Origin: Polyangiales bacterium
GTDB taxonomy: Bacteria; Myxococcota_A; Polyangia; Polyangiales; Polyangiaceae
Reading direction: 5' to 3'
NCBI GenBank assembly: GCA_038231275.1
Contig: JBBRLQ010000036.1
Location: 8,301-72,300, forward strand
Length of the DNA: 64,000 nt
Shown here: positions 51,077-59,403 of the stretch, piece by piece
Numbering within the stretch: position 1 is the stretch's first letter
Layout: each line of letters begins with the position of its first letter
Notes under the pieces: model-generated
What the model was told of the DNA's origin: nothing
The model's input: the letters and a program-made list of their open reading frames with translations, nothing else
Database searches by the model: none
Position numbers and translations under genes: made by a program

Positions 51077-52747
51077 TCACCTTGGGCAGTCGTCGGGGAC
51101 GGTGTCGCCGCCGTTTCCATGCACGCCGGTGAGGAGCCACACGGGGCCTTTCGTCCCCGGCGAATACCCGTAAATCACCTGGTATCCATCGTCATGGACC
51201 GTCGCGCGCGCCACGACGGCACTGAGGCTGCACCGGGGCGGTCCGAGCCGAGGTGGCGAGTCCTGAGGTTCGTTGACGAGGACGCGGAGGACTCGCGCCG
51301 ACGCGATGACGAAGATCGAAATGGGCTTTCCCGCTTGGGTTCCGAAGAAGCGATAGCGGACCTCGGTGCCTCCCGGCATGACGCCGACGTCGACCGTGCC
51401 GTCGGAGCGCGCGGGCGTCGCCATCAACGAGACGAGCACGGCGTCCGGCGCGATCTTCCGCGCCTGCGCCTCCGCGGTTGGGAGATAGCCGGAGACGTCG
51501 AACGCGGCCGCGCCCACTACGGGCTCCTCCGACGGTCGATCGAGGCTCGCGACCGCGTGCCCGCGACGCATCGCCGCGCGACCGAGGAGCAGTGGCACGG
51601 CGACCGCGAGGAGCACCGTGAGGACAGCGAACGCGACGATCGCGACGCCGCGCGCCTGCGACGGGGCCACCGCTGCCGGCGGAGGGCTGGTGGCCGCCGG
51701 CGCGGACGAAAACGACGCCGACGACAAGGTGCTGAGGTTCGCGCCTGGCGGGAGCGGAAGGAGCGGCGGGTCCGTGGGCAGCGGCACGGGGACCGTCGAA
51801 GGCACCGGCTCCTCGGTCCGCTCGATCTCCAGAAGCGCCCGCTCCAACTCCGCGGCCATCGCGCTCGCGCTCGGGAAGCGCGCGTCCGGCTCCTTCGCCA
51901 TCGCGCGCAGGACCACGCGCTCGACGCTCGCCGGGACCTTCGGCGCGAACGTCCGCAGGCCCGGCGCCGGCGTCTCGACGTGCGCGCGCAGCAGATCGAA
52001 CGTCGAATCGAAGGCGAACGGCAACCGACCCGTCAGCGCCTCGAAGAGCACCACGCCGAGCGAGTACACGTCCGCGCGCGCGTCGATGTCGCGCGCCTCG
52101 CGCACCTGCTCCGGCGCCAGGTACGCAGGCGTCCCCAGCATCGCACCCGCGCGCGTCGGGCCGGTCCCGGGCGGCGCCGACAGCAACTTGGCAATGCCGA
52201 AATCCAGCACCTTTGCGTGGCCGCCTGGCGTGACGAAGATGTTCTCTGGCTTGAGATCGCGGTGCACGACCCCCTTGTCGTGCGCCGCCGAGAGCGCCGC
52301 GAGCACCTCCAACGCGAGCGCGCCGACCTCACGCAGCGGCAACGCGCCGCGCGCCGCGATCAGCGTGGACAAGGACGACCCCTCGAGGTGCTCCATGACG
52401 ATGCACGGCGGGCCGCTGGGCAGGACGAGCATGTCGAGGACGTTGACGATGTTCTCGTGGCGTATGAGGTTCACGACGCGCGCCTCGGCGAAGAAGCGCT
52501 CGAGCTCGACGAGATCGCGCGCGCGGTCCTCGGCGAGCACCTTGATCGCGACGCGCGCGCCGATGTTCGGCTGCACCGCTCGGTACACCCGCCCCATCCC
52601 GCCTTGTCCGATCCGCGAAGCGATGCGGTAGCTCCCCACCGTCTCGCCGAGGAGCGGATCGTCGGACTCCGCGAGGCGATGACCATCGCGTGTGCAGCTG
52701 CCGCTGGCGGGCGCCGATTCACCGCACTCCGGACAGACCCACCGCAC
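51077..52747 (-). CDS. Transmembrane Ser/Thr kinase with N-terminal zinc ribbon
   Basis: CPEC..CTRD; GQGGMGRVY, HRDLKPEN, DFG, APE; TM. Confidence 0.93.
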   Translation of the reverse strand: MRWVCPECGESAPASGSCTRDGHRLAESDDPLLGETVGSYRIASRIGQGGMGRVYRAVQPNIGARVAIKVLAEDRARDLVELERFFAEARVVNLIRHENIVNVLDMLVLPSGPPCIVMEHLEGSSLSTLIAARGALPLREVGALALEVLAALSAAHDKGVVHRDLKPENIFVTPGGHAKVLDFGIAKLLSAPPGTGPTRAGAMLGTPAYLAPEQVREARDIDARADVYSLGVVLFEALTGRLPFAFDSTFDLLRAHVETPAPGLRTFAPKVPASVERVVLRAMAKEPDARFPSASAMAAELERALLEIERTEEPVPSTVPVPLPTDPPLLPLPPGANLSTLSSASFSSAPAATSPPPAAVAPSQARGVAIVAFAVLTVLLAVAVPLLLGRAAMRRGHAVASLDRPSEEPVVGAAAFDVSGYLPTAEAQARKIAPDAVLVSLMATPARSDGTVDVGVMPGGTEVRYRFFGTQAGKPISIFVIASARVLRVLVNEPQDSPPRLGPPRCSLSAVVARATVHDDGYQVIYGYSPGTKGPVWLLTGVHGNGGDTVPDDCPR

Positions 52748-52836
52748 GATGGAAAGAGTACACCGGCCTCACGCAGGCCGCTCGTCAGGGTCCGGCGTCG
52801 AAGGCGCACGTCAGCGGCTCGGAGGGCATGCGGCGC

Positions 52837-53361
52837 CTACGGGTTCTGGAGCGGCGCGGCGCGAACGCACGCGGCGGTGTCGGTCTTTCCGGCGAGCCAC
52901 GAGACGAGGCAGGTGTCGCGATCGTCGCCGACCGCCATGAGGCTTCCTCCCTTGTGATCCTCCTGACCGCGCCCTTTTCGGATGAGCGTGAGGCGCTCCG
53001 GCGCCGCGCCACGTTGCGATACGACCTGGCTCATGATCTCCGGCTCGAGCCCCACCACGGACTGGTAGTCCTGCTCGATCTCCGCTTGCGTCGTCGCGTA
53101 ACCGGGGAGGAGGTTCGGCGACGCGTCTTTCTCGAAGCGCAGGCCTTCACTGCCGTAAAGGCGCAGGTTGCGGAACGTCGTTCCGTGGCAGTCGAGGGTG
53201 CCGCATCGATCGACGAGCATCTTGGCGACCGGCTCGAACGTCGCGCGATCCGGCACGGTCTCGACGAAGCGCCCATCCGTCGCAGGCGTGGAGCACGCGG
53301 CGATGACGCCGAACGGCGCTCCGAAGACCAGCGCGAGCAAGAGAGAGCGTCGGGCGCTCAC
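52837..53361 (-). CDS. Lipoprotein with atypical CX4CH putative heme motif
   Basis: Lipobox IAAC; FEPVAKMLVDRCGTLDCHG; distal HKGG. Confidence 0.7.
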   Translation of the reverse strand: MSARRSLLLALVFGAPFGVIAACSTPATDGRFVETVPDRATFEPVAKMLVDRCGTLDCHGTTFRNLRLYGSEGLRFEKDASPNLLPGYATTQAEIEQDYQSVVGLEPEIMSQVVSQRGAAPERLTLIRKGRGQEDHKGGSLMAVGDDRDTCLVSWLAGKTDTAACVRAAPLQNP

Positions 53362-53870
53362 GGCACACCTCCGTCACCCCAGCCGACGGCGACCGGCCCG
53401 GGCGAGCTCGGCCCCGCCGGATTGAAGTGACACCCGGCGCACGAACCGTCGCGGCCGATGTGCGATTTCATCGTGGTCGTCACGCCGCCGTAATCGACCT
53501 CGACTGTGATCGGATACGCCGGCGTCCACTCGTTCGGGGTCACGTAGAAGTTGCCGACGTCGTTCGTCGTCGCCGCGTGAGAGGCTCCAGTCGCGTCGGT
53601 CATCTTGACGATGGCGCCGCCCGCGCCGTTCTCGGGCGCGATCACGTAGGGCGTGACGAAGACGGTTCCCGCGACGTTGAATTGAGGCGGATCGCCGATT
53701 TTGCCGTCGTGGCAGAGGAGGCACGGCTGTCCGGGGCGATGGGTCGGGCCGGTGCCCACTCCCGACGCCTCGCCGCCGAGCGCGTCGACCTCGTTCGAAT
53801 GAACCGGATCGCACGCGAGAGCGCCGAGCGCCATCGACGCCGACGCGACCAGGAGCGCGGCGCGTTTCAT
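53358..53870 (-). CDS. Di-heme c-type cytochrome lipoprotein (two CxxCH flanking an Ig/prealbumin-like domain)
   Basis: MKRAALL..LAC; H.PGQPCLLCH; AGTVF..TTNDVGNF; SCAGCH. Confidence 0.8.
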   Translation of the reverse strand: MKRAALLVASASMALGALACDPVHSNEVDALGGEASGVGTGPTHRPGQPCLLCHDGKIGDPPQFNVAGTVFVTPYVIAPENGAGGAIVKMTDATGASHAATTNDVGNFYVTPNEWTPAYPITVEVDYGGVTTTMKSHIGRDGSCAGCHFNPAGPSSPGPVAVGWGDGGVP

Positions 53871-55111
53871 AGCTGAACCTCCAGCGTGAACGCGCCGATG
53901 CCGGAGACCCGGTGCGTGAGGTAGATGTCGTCGAGGTACTGCGTCGTCGTCACGTTGAGGTCGAGTCCCAGGATGAACGTGTCGGGGTGCTCGCTGGCGC
54001 CGACCTTCCAGCGGAAGCTCCCTCCCCCGGTGCCGCTCCACAGCGGGCCGAGCTCGCGATCGCCAGTTCTGAGCGCAGGGAAATCGAAGCCCGGCTGCAT
54101 CACGTAGGCGCGCTGCCAGAAGTTGACGGCCTTCTGCACGTGGAAGCGCAAGTGCGGGCCCATCTCCACGCGGCGGCTCACGTCGATCGGAGCGCGGAAA
54201 TCCGTGGTGCTCGCGATCATCGCCCACGAATCCGCGTAGACGCGCTGGTCCCCGCGCAGCGTGAGCGGATCCATGCGGTGCGCGATTCGACCGCTGAGCG
54301 CGAAGCGGTCGCGCGTGAGAGGCAGCTGCTCGAGGGGGCGCGCGGAGAGGCGAAGCTGCGCGACCTGCTCGGGAGGCGCGCCGCGCGCGACCTCGGTCCC
54401 TGGCGCGAAGATGGGGACGTAGCGGTAAGGCTTCGAAGGATCGCCGCGCTCGAAGATCGTGTCGAGGACGACCGACGCTACGGTGACGCGGTCGACGAGG
54501 AAGGTCGCCCCCAGCTTGAACGCGTGGCGATCGAGCTGCCGATTGAAGAGCGACCACGCGGTACCGGTTCGCCCGGCGATGTCGTGCCCGAACGCGTAGC
54601 CGCCGAGGAGCGTCACGCGCTTGTCGAAGAGATCCTTCACGACCGCCGCGCTCCCCGTGACGGAGAGGTAGTCCGGCTCGCTCGAGACGTTCACTCCCGC
54701 GCGAGCACCGAACGTGTCCGGCTTGTATTCCACGTCCGCCGAGCCGACGTGGCGGATCTCCTCCCACCGTCGCGACGCCGTCGACACGATGTCCACCGAC
54801 GCCGCCGACACGACGTCCACGAGGTAGCGGCCGTTCAACGTCCAGCCGGCGGTCGGGTTCACGATGCTCGCGGCGATCGTCGGCGTCACGACGAACACGT
54901 GATCGGTGTCCGCATAGGCGGCCGCTTCGCTCGAGGCGCGCACGTCGATCGCGCGGGCCGGTGGAGGAGGCGGCGCAGGGGCGTCGGCGGGCTTTTCTTC
55001 GGGCGGCGCGTACACCTCGGTAGGTGGAGCCTCCTCGGCGCGCGCGACCTCAGCAACCGCGAGGATGAGCGCGACGGTCGCCGCGCTCGAGGCTCGACGG
55101 CTCAATTGCAT
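53867..55111 (-). CDS. DUF3570-family outer-membrane beta-barrel protein
   Basis: Signal peptide ending ARA; YLVDVVSAASVDIVSTAS, SSEPDYLS, PYRYV, EQLP..RDR, RVYADSW; follows DUF4266 gene. Confidence 0.8.
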   Translation of the reverse strand: MQLSRRASSAATVALILAVAEVARAEEAPPTEVYAPPEEKPADAPAPPPPPARAIDVRASSEAAAYADTDHVFVVTPTIAASIVNPTAGWTLNGRYLVDVVSAASVDIVSTASRRWEEIRHVGSADVEYKPDTFGARAGVNVSSEPDYLSVTGSAAVVKDLFDKRVTLLGGYAFGHDIAGRTGTAWSLFNRQLDRHAFKLGATFLVDRVTVASVVLDTIFERGDPSKPYRYVPIFAPGTEVARGAPPEQVAQLRLSARPLEQLPLTRDRFALSGRIAHRMDPLTLRGDQRVYADSWAMIASTTDFRAPIDVSRRVEMGPHLRFHVQKAVNFWQRAYVMQPGFDFPALRTGDRELGPLWSGTGGGSFRWKVGASEHPDTFILGLDLNVTTTQYLDDIYLTHRVSGIGAFTLEVQL

Positions 55112-55317
55112 CCACATCCACCGCCCGCGGAGAGCCCTCCGCCGATCGCGCCTTCGTGCACGGCGCGCACGTGCTCTTCGCCGACGCCACCCATGTCCGA
55201 CATCGTCATCGTCGGATGCGCCAGCGCCCCGCGCTCGTACGGCGCCACGCGCGCGCACGCCGCAGACGAGAGCGAGAGCGCGAGGGCGGTGGCGAAGACG
55301 ATCGAGGCGCGGGTCAT
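55102..55317 (-). CDS. DUF4266-family small lipoprotein
   Basis: AAC.RVAPYERGALA...M..., EH....HEGA.GG, ends GGGCGCN. Confidence 0.88.
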   Translation of the reverse strand: MTRASIVFATALALSLSSAACARVAPYERGALAHPTMTMSDMGGVGEEHVRAVHEGAIGGGLSAGGGCGCN

Positions 55318-55351
55318 GGGTCGAGGCTCCTAGGCAGGACGCTCAAACGGC

Positions 55352-55795
55352 TCAAACGGCGAGTCGCGTAGCGGCGTCGACTTGCTGGCCGCCGTGGACG
55401 GTGACGTTCCCCGCCGTGTCGGCGCTCACGGCGAAGTGAACGAGCGGCGCGGTCGCAGGTCCGGCGGTGACGGCGCCGTTCACGTCGAACGTGCTCCCGT
55501 GGCAGGCGCACGAGATCCCTGCCGGCGACACGGTACCATGCTCGGCGATGTCGCATGCCTGGTGCGTGCACGTCAGCGTCATCGCGTAGATCCCTCTGGC
55601 GTCGCGACCGATCGCCGCGGAGACGCCCGCGACGATCCGCAACGACCCGACCGGCAAGGCGGCCACGGTGCCTCCGGACACGTCGCCGAACGCTTCGGGT
55701 CCCGCGCCCGAGCTCGAGCATGCCGACATCGCGCGCGGTAGCGCGGCCGTCGCGACGAGCACCTGCAAGAAATGACGGCGGGGGAGGCATTCCAT
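55352..55795 (-). CDS. Tat-exported Rieske [2Fe-2S] lipoprotein
   Basis: PRRHFL Tat motif; AMSAC lipobox; CTHQAC and CACHGSTF; GPA..PL. Confidence 0.9.
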   Translation of the reverse strand: MECLPRRHFLQVLVATAALPRAMSACSSSGAGPEAFGDVSGGTVAALPVGSLRIVAGVSAAIGRDARGIYAMTLTCTHQACDIAEHGTVSPAGISCACHGSTFDVNGAVTAGPATAPLVHFAVSADTAGNVTVHGGQQVDAATRLAV

Positions 55796-55846
55796 GGAGC
55801 GATCGGGAGGAGAGCACTTGTGGGCCGGTGATGATCCCCACATCGT

Positions 55847-55879
55847 CAGTGGGGCCGGCGTGTCGGAAGGGGTCACGCG
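55847..55879 (-). promoter_or_regulatory. Putative ECF-sigma target promoter (copy 2)
   Basis: CGCGTGACC-N18-CCACTG upstream of the Rieske gene. Confidence 0.6.
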
Positions 55880-55888
55880 GGACACGTT

Positions 55889-56476
55889 TTACGGGCAGGC
55901 CGCGGCGCCGGGGCGAAGATGTGGCGCTTCGCTGCGGATCGCGCCGCATTCATCGTCGCACGAGGTCGGTCCCACGCCTCCGCATTTGGCGAGGAGCTCG
56001 CCGCCAGGCGCAGGAGCTGGACAGCTTGGCGGAAGCATCACGCAGACGCCCGGCGGATCGGGATCATGCGGGCACCGATCCGTCGACGGGAAGACGCGCG
56101 CGCAGGACGCGCCGGCGACGGGACACGGCCCGCTGCCGCCGCCGCACGTCGCCGCGCCGGGGCCGCAATAGCCGAGCGCGCTCGCGGTGACGCCCGCTTG
56201 CTTGCGCAGGCAGTCGTTCCAGTAGGTGACGCCGTCGCAGCCGCAGGTGAGCAGCTGGGTCGTGTCGCACGAAACGGGGCGCGCCTCGCAGTGGCCGGTG
56301 GGTTGATCGCACGTGTCACGAACGCAGAAGCCCTCGTGACAGTCGTCGTCGTTGACGCACCGATGGTCGGAGTCTCCGCCGACGTGGTGCGCGGGGAGGG
56401 TGGCGACGACGATGTCCGTGGACGAGCAGCCGACGGCGCTCGCGAGGATCGCGGTGAGGAGCAGCGCGCGGCTCAC
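55889..56476 (-). CDS. Cys-rich lipoprotein (Kazal-like CGCDGVTYWNDC module)
   Basis: Lipobox AVGC; dense Cys; GTG overlaps upstream TGA. Confidence 0.8.
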   Translation of the reverse strand: MSRALLLTAILASAVGCSSTDIVVATLPAHHVGGDSDHRCVNDDDCHEGFCVRDTCDQPTGHCEARPVSCDTTQLLTCGCDGVTYWNDCLRKQAGVTASALGYCGPGAATCGGGSGPCPVAGASCARVFPSTDRCPHDPDPPGVCVMLPPSCPAPAPGGELLAKCGGVGPTSCDDECGAIRSEAPHLRPGAAACP

Positions 56477-57612
56477 GGCGGCGTCGCTCCGCGCGCGTAG
56501 GGGACGGAGCCCGCGAGGTTGAACGTGAAGCCGACGAGCAGCGCAGGACGCACGCGCCACGGCGTGAAGAGCGGCTCGGCTTGCGTGCCTTCGAGCACGA
56601 CGAAGCGGTGGGGCGAGAGATCCACGTCGGCCGAGAACGCGACGAGGAGATCGGCGCTCGGCCCCACCGCGAAGTGCGCCGCGACGATCGCACCGAGGAC
56701 GGGCGACGCGTCGGTGCTCTCCGCGCCGAGGCGCCGATCGGGCAGGCTCGTCGAGTTGGCGCGCGGCGTCGACCACATGACGTCGAAGCCTCCTTCGGGG
56801 CCGGCTTCGACGAGCCATCTCTCGCCTCCGAAGAGCCGGATCGTAGGAGCGAGGCGCAGCGTAGCAGCCTTCGCGTGCACGTCGACGAGGCGACCGCGGA
56901 CGTCGAACGCAACGTGGTACGTGCCGATGAGCCACAGCGCAGGCCGCCACGCGCTCCGGCCCAGCGCGGCGCCGACCAGCCCTCCGCCGCCGACGATCGT
57001 CTCGGCGCCCGATCCGAACGCGCGGCCGGCGAAGAACGCGCCGCCGTCGAGACCGAATCGGGATTCTTCGCGTGCGACGCGCGGAGGTTCGGCGCGCGCG
57101 GGGTCCGCGCGAGGCGGAGGCGGCGGAGCAGGAGGGGGTGGACGGCGCCCTTGCTCTGCGAGCTCTTCGACGGACGATTGGATGATGTGCGCCAGCTCCT
57201 CGACGACGATCGCGGTAGAGCGGTCGCGCTCGACGCTGCGGCGCGCGACGACGCGCCCGGTGCGGCCATCGACGATCGCCATCGATGCGCGCGAGCCGCG
57301 GAGATCGACCCACGCGGTGGCGAGCTCGCCGGCGGCGCCGCCGGAGAGATCGGGCGCGTCCAGATCGATGCGCTCGGCGCGGCTCGCCTCGACGGTCATC
57401 TCGAGGCGCGCGAGGAGCTCGCGGACCGAGGCCTCGAGCGATGTCGCCGCCTCGGCGTCCTCGCCCGCGATGACGAGGCGCAGGACGCGGCGAGGGGCAG
57501 GCTCGGCCTCGGCCGGCGCGGCGACGTCGGCGAGCGCGCGCGAAGTGAACAAGCAGGGGGCGATCGCAGCGAGCGCCCCGGCGAGGAGCGCGCCGCGCCG
57601 GGCGGCGTTCAC
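56473..57612 (-). CDS. Secreted protein with probable C-terminal beta-barrel
   Basis: Signal peptide ending ALA; Pro linker; amphipathic beta strands; translationally coupled on both sides. Confidence 0.7.
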   Translation of the reverse strand: MNAARRGALLAGALAAIAPCLFTSRALADVAAPAEAEPAPRRVLRLVIAGEDAEAATSLEASVRELLARLEMTVEASRAERIDLDAPDLSGGAAGELATAWVDLRGSRASMAIVDGRTGRVVARRSVERDRSTAIVVEELAHIIQSSVEELAEQGRRPPPPAPPPPPRADPARAEPPRVAREESRFGLDGGAFFAGRAFGSGAETIVGGGGLVGAALGRSAWRPALWLIGTYHVAFDVRGRLVDVHAKAATLRLAPTIRLFGGERWLVEAGPEGGFDVMWSTPRANSTSLPDRRLGAESTDASPVLGAIVAAHFAVGPSADLLVAFSADVDLSPHRFVVLEGTQAEPLFTPWRVRPALLVGFTFNLAGSVPYARGATPP

Positions 57613-58679
57613 CGATGTCCGAGCTCCTCGAGCCTCGCGTGGGCGCGCGCGGCGTGGATCGACTGCGGGTAGCCCTTGAGGAGCGCGGACCACGCCGCGC
57701 GCTCGTCCGCGGGACGACCGAGCCGCTCGAGCGCGCGCGCCCGTCCGACCATTGCCTCCTCGCGCAACGCGGGATCGCCGCTGCGAAGGTAGGTCTCGAA
57801 GAGCGGGAGCGCCGCCGCCGCGTCGCCGTCGTCGAGCAGGAGACGCGCGAGCGCCGCGCGGGTCGCGCTCGCCTCGGCCGCGTCGGAGTGCCGGTCCAAC
57901 AGATCGCGGTAGAGCGCGGTCGCGCGTGCGTGCTCGCCCTGGCGACGCGCGGAGTTCGCCTGGGAGAAGAGCACCGCCGCGCCGCTGGGCTCGGGCGGCC
58001 GCGGCGGCTCGGGCGTGAGGGCCACGACCGGTACGATCGCCGCCGGCGCGCGCGGCGCAGCGCTCGCCGCCAGGATCGGCGCTCCCGTTTGCGCGGGCGC
58101 GGTCCTGACGATCGCAGAGGTCGACGCGGTCACGGGCGGCTCCGGCTCCGGGACCGGCGCGGCGGCGGTCGCCACCCGCGGCGAAGGCGCACCCACTGTT
58201 GCCGCGTTGTCCTTCGGAGCTGCCGGAGGCGGCGCTGCCGGAACCGTCGTGAGCGGCGTCGACGCCGACTCGGGCGCCAGCAGCGACCACACGCCGGTCA
58301 CGCGCGCGGCTCCCGCGACGCCCGCGAGCATGAGCGCGGCGGCGACCAGCACCGCCACCCGCACGCGATGACGCGACCGCGCCTGCACGCTCGGCCGCAG
58401 CGCAGGGATCGGCGCGGGCTCCTCCAAAGGCTCCGGCGGCGGCGGCGGCTCGGTCTCTTCGAGCACGCGCGACACGACGCGCGACATGATGAGCGAGCCG
58501 TCGTGAACGGGGGAGTCCGCGGCCATCTCGTCGGCGAAATCGACGCGGACGTCGCGCTCCAGTCGACAGGCCGCGCAGTGCGCGAGGTGCGCGTCGAGCA
58601 TCGCGCGCTCCTTCGGAGTGAGCGAGCCTCGCGCCTCGCGATCGAGCAGGTCCTCCGGATGGAGATCGGCGACGCTCAT
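57609..58679 (-). CDS. Anti-sigma factor: zf-HC2 (ZAS) + TM + Pro linker + TPR
   Basis: H...HLAHCAAC; TM VAVLVAAALMLAGVAGAA; TPR helices ending YPQS. Confidence 0.85.
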   Translation of the reverse strand: MSVADLHPEDLLDREARGSLTPKERAMLDAHLAHCAACRLERDVRVDFADEMAADSPVHDGSLIMSRVVSRVLEETEPPPPPEPLEEPAPIPALRPSVQARSRHRVRVAVLVAAALMLAGVAGAARVTGVWSLLAPESASTPLTTVPAAPPPAAPKDNAATVGAPSPRVATAAAPVPEPEPPVTASTSAIVRTAPAQTGAPILAASAAPRAPAAIVPVVALTPEPPRPPEPSGAAVLFSQANSARRQGEHARATALYRDLLDRHSDAAEASATRAALARLLLDDGDAAAALPLFETYLRSGDPALREEAMVGRARALERLGRPADERAAWSALLKGYPQSIHAARAHARLEELGHR

Positions 58680-59320
58680 GATTCCCCCCCCAGCCCCAGC
58701 TCCTCAGCGAACGCGGGGTTCGCTTCGATGCGCTTCCGAAGCGCCTGCTTCGCGATGCGCAGCCGACTGCGAACGGTGTTCACCGGCGCGCGCGTGGCCT
58801 GCGCGATCTCGTCCAGCGACCATCCGAGGACGAAGCGCAGCGCCATCGACTCGGCCTGCTCGTCCGGGATGTCCGCCAAGAGCTCGCGGATGATCTCTTT
58901 GCGTCGCGTCGCGCGGGCCAGCTCCGACGGCAGCGGACGCGTCGAGACCAGCGTGTCGGCGTCGACGCCGTCGTCGCGTCGCGACTCGAGCGTGCGTGCG
59001 CGCTTTCGCGCTGCGACGGCCGTCCGCACGGCGATGCGCGAGCCGTACTGCACCGGCTCGCACTCTCCACGAAAGCTCGGGAGCGCCTGCACCAACGCGA
59101 TCAGCGACTGCTGCACCACGTCGTCCGCGTCGGCGTGCCCGCCACCGAGCACCGCGTGAACTACGCGTGTCATCCGCGGTGCGACCGCTTCCAACAGGCG
59201 CCGCGTCGCCGTCACGTCCCCCGCGGCGGCCGCCCGCGCGAGCTCGATCGCGGCGCTCGGCGGCCTTACCGGACCGGGAACGGGCATCTCGGATGGCGGG
59301 GTCGGGAGGTTCGCGGCCAT
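58676..59320 (-). CDS. ECF RNA polymerase sigma factor
   Basis: DADDVVQQ, FRGE, LRFVLGWSLDEIA, NTVRSRLR. Confidence 0.92.
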   Translation of the reverse strand: MAANLPTPPSEMPVPGPVRPPSAAIELARAAAAGDVTATRRLLEAVAPRMTRVVHAVLGGGHADADDVVQQSLIALVQALPSFRGECEPVQYGSRIAVRTAVAARKRARTLESRRDDGVDADTLVSTRPLPSELARATRRKEIIRELLADIPDEQAESMALRFVLGWSLDEIAQATRAPVNTVRSRLRIAKQALRKRIEANPAFAEELGLGGES

Positions 59321-59329
59321 ACGAAGCTA

Positions 59330-59362
59330 CAGTGGAAGGATAGGCGCGAAATCGATCACGCG
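59330..59362 (-). promoter_or_regulatory. Putative ECF autoregulatory promoter (copy 1)
   Basis: CGCGTGATC-N18-CCACTG ending 9 nt before the sigma ATG. Confidence 0.6.
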
Positions 59363-59403
59363 CGCGGCGCCCGCTGCACGCGATGCGCGGAAAAAAGCGC
59401 GGC

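Noticed and set aside
55102..55104. Selenocysteine read-through at the TGA ending DUF4266
   Set aside because: The family normally ends at GCGCN, the TGA is not at a Cys position, and it overlaps the next gene's start region
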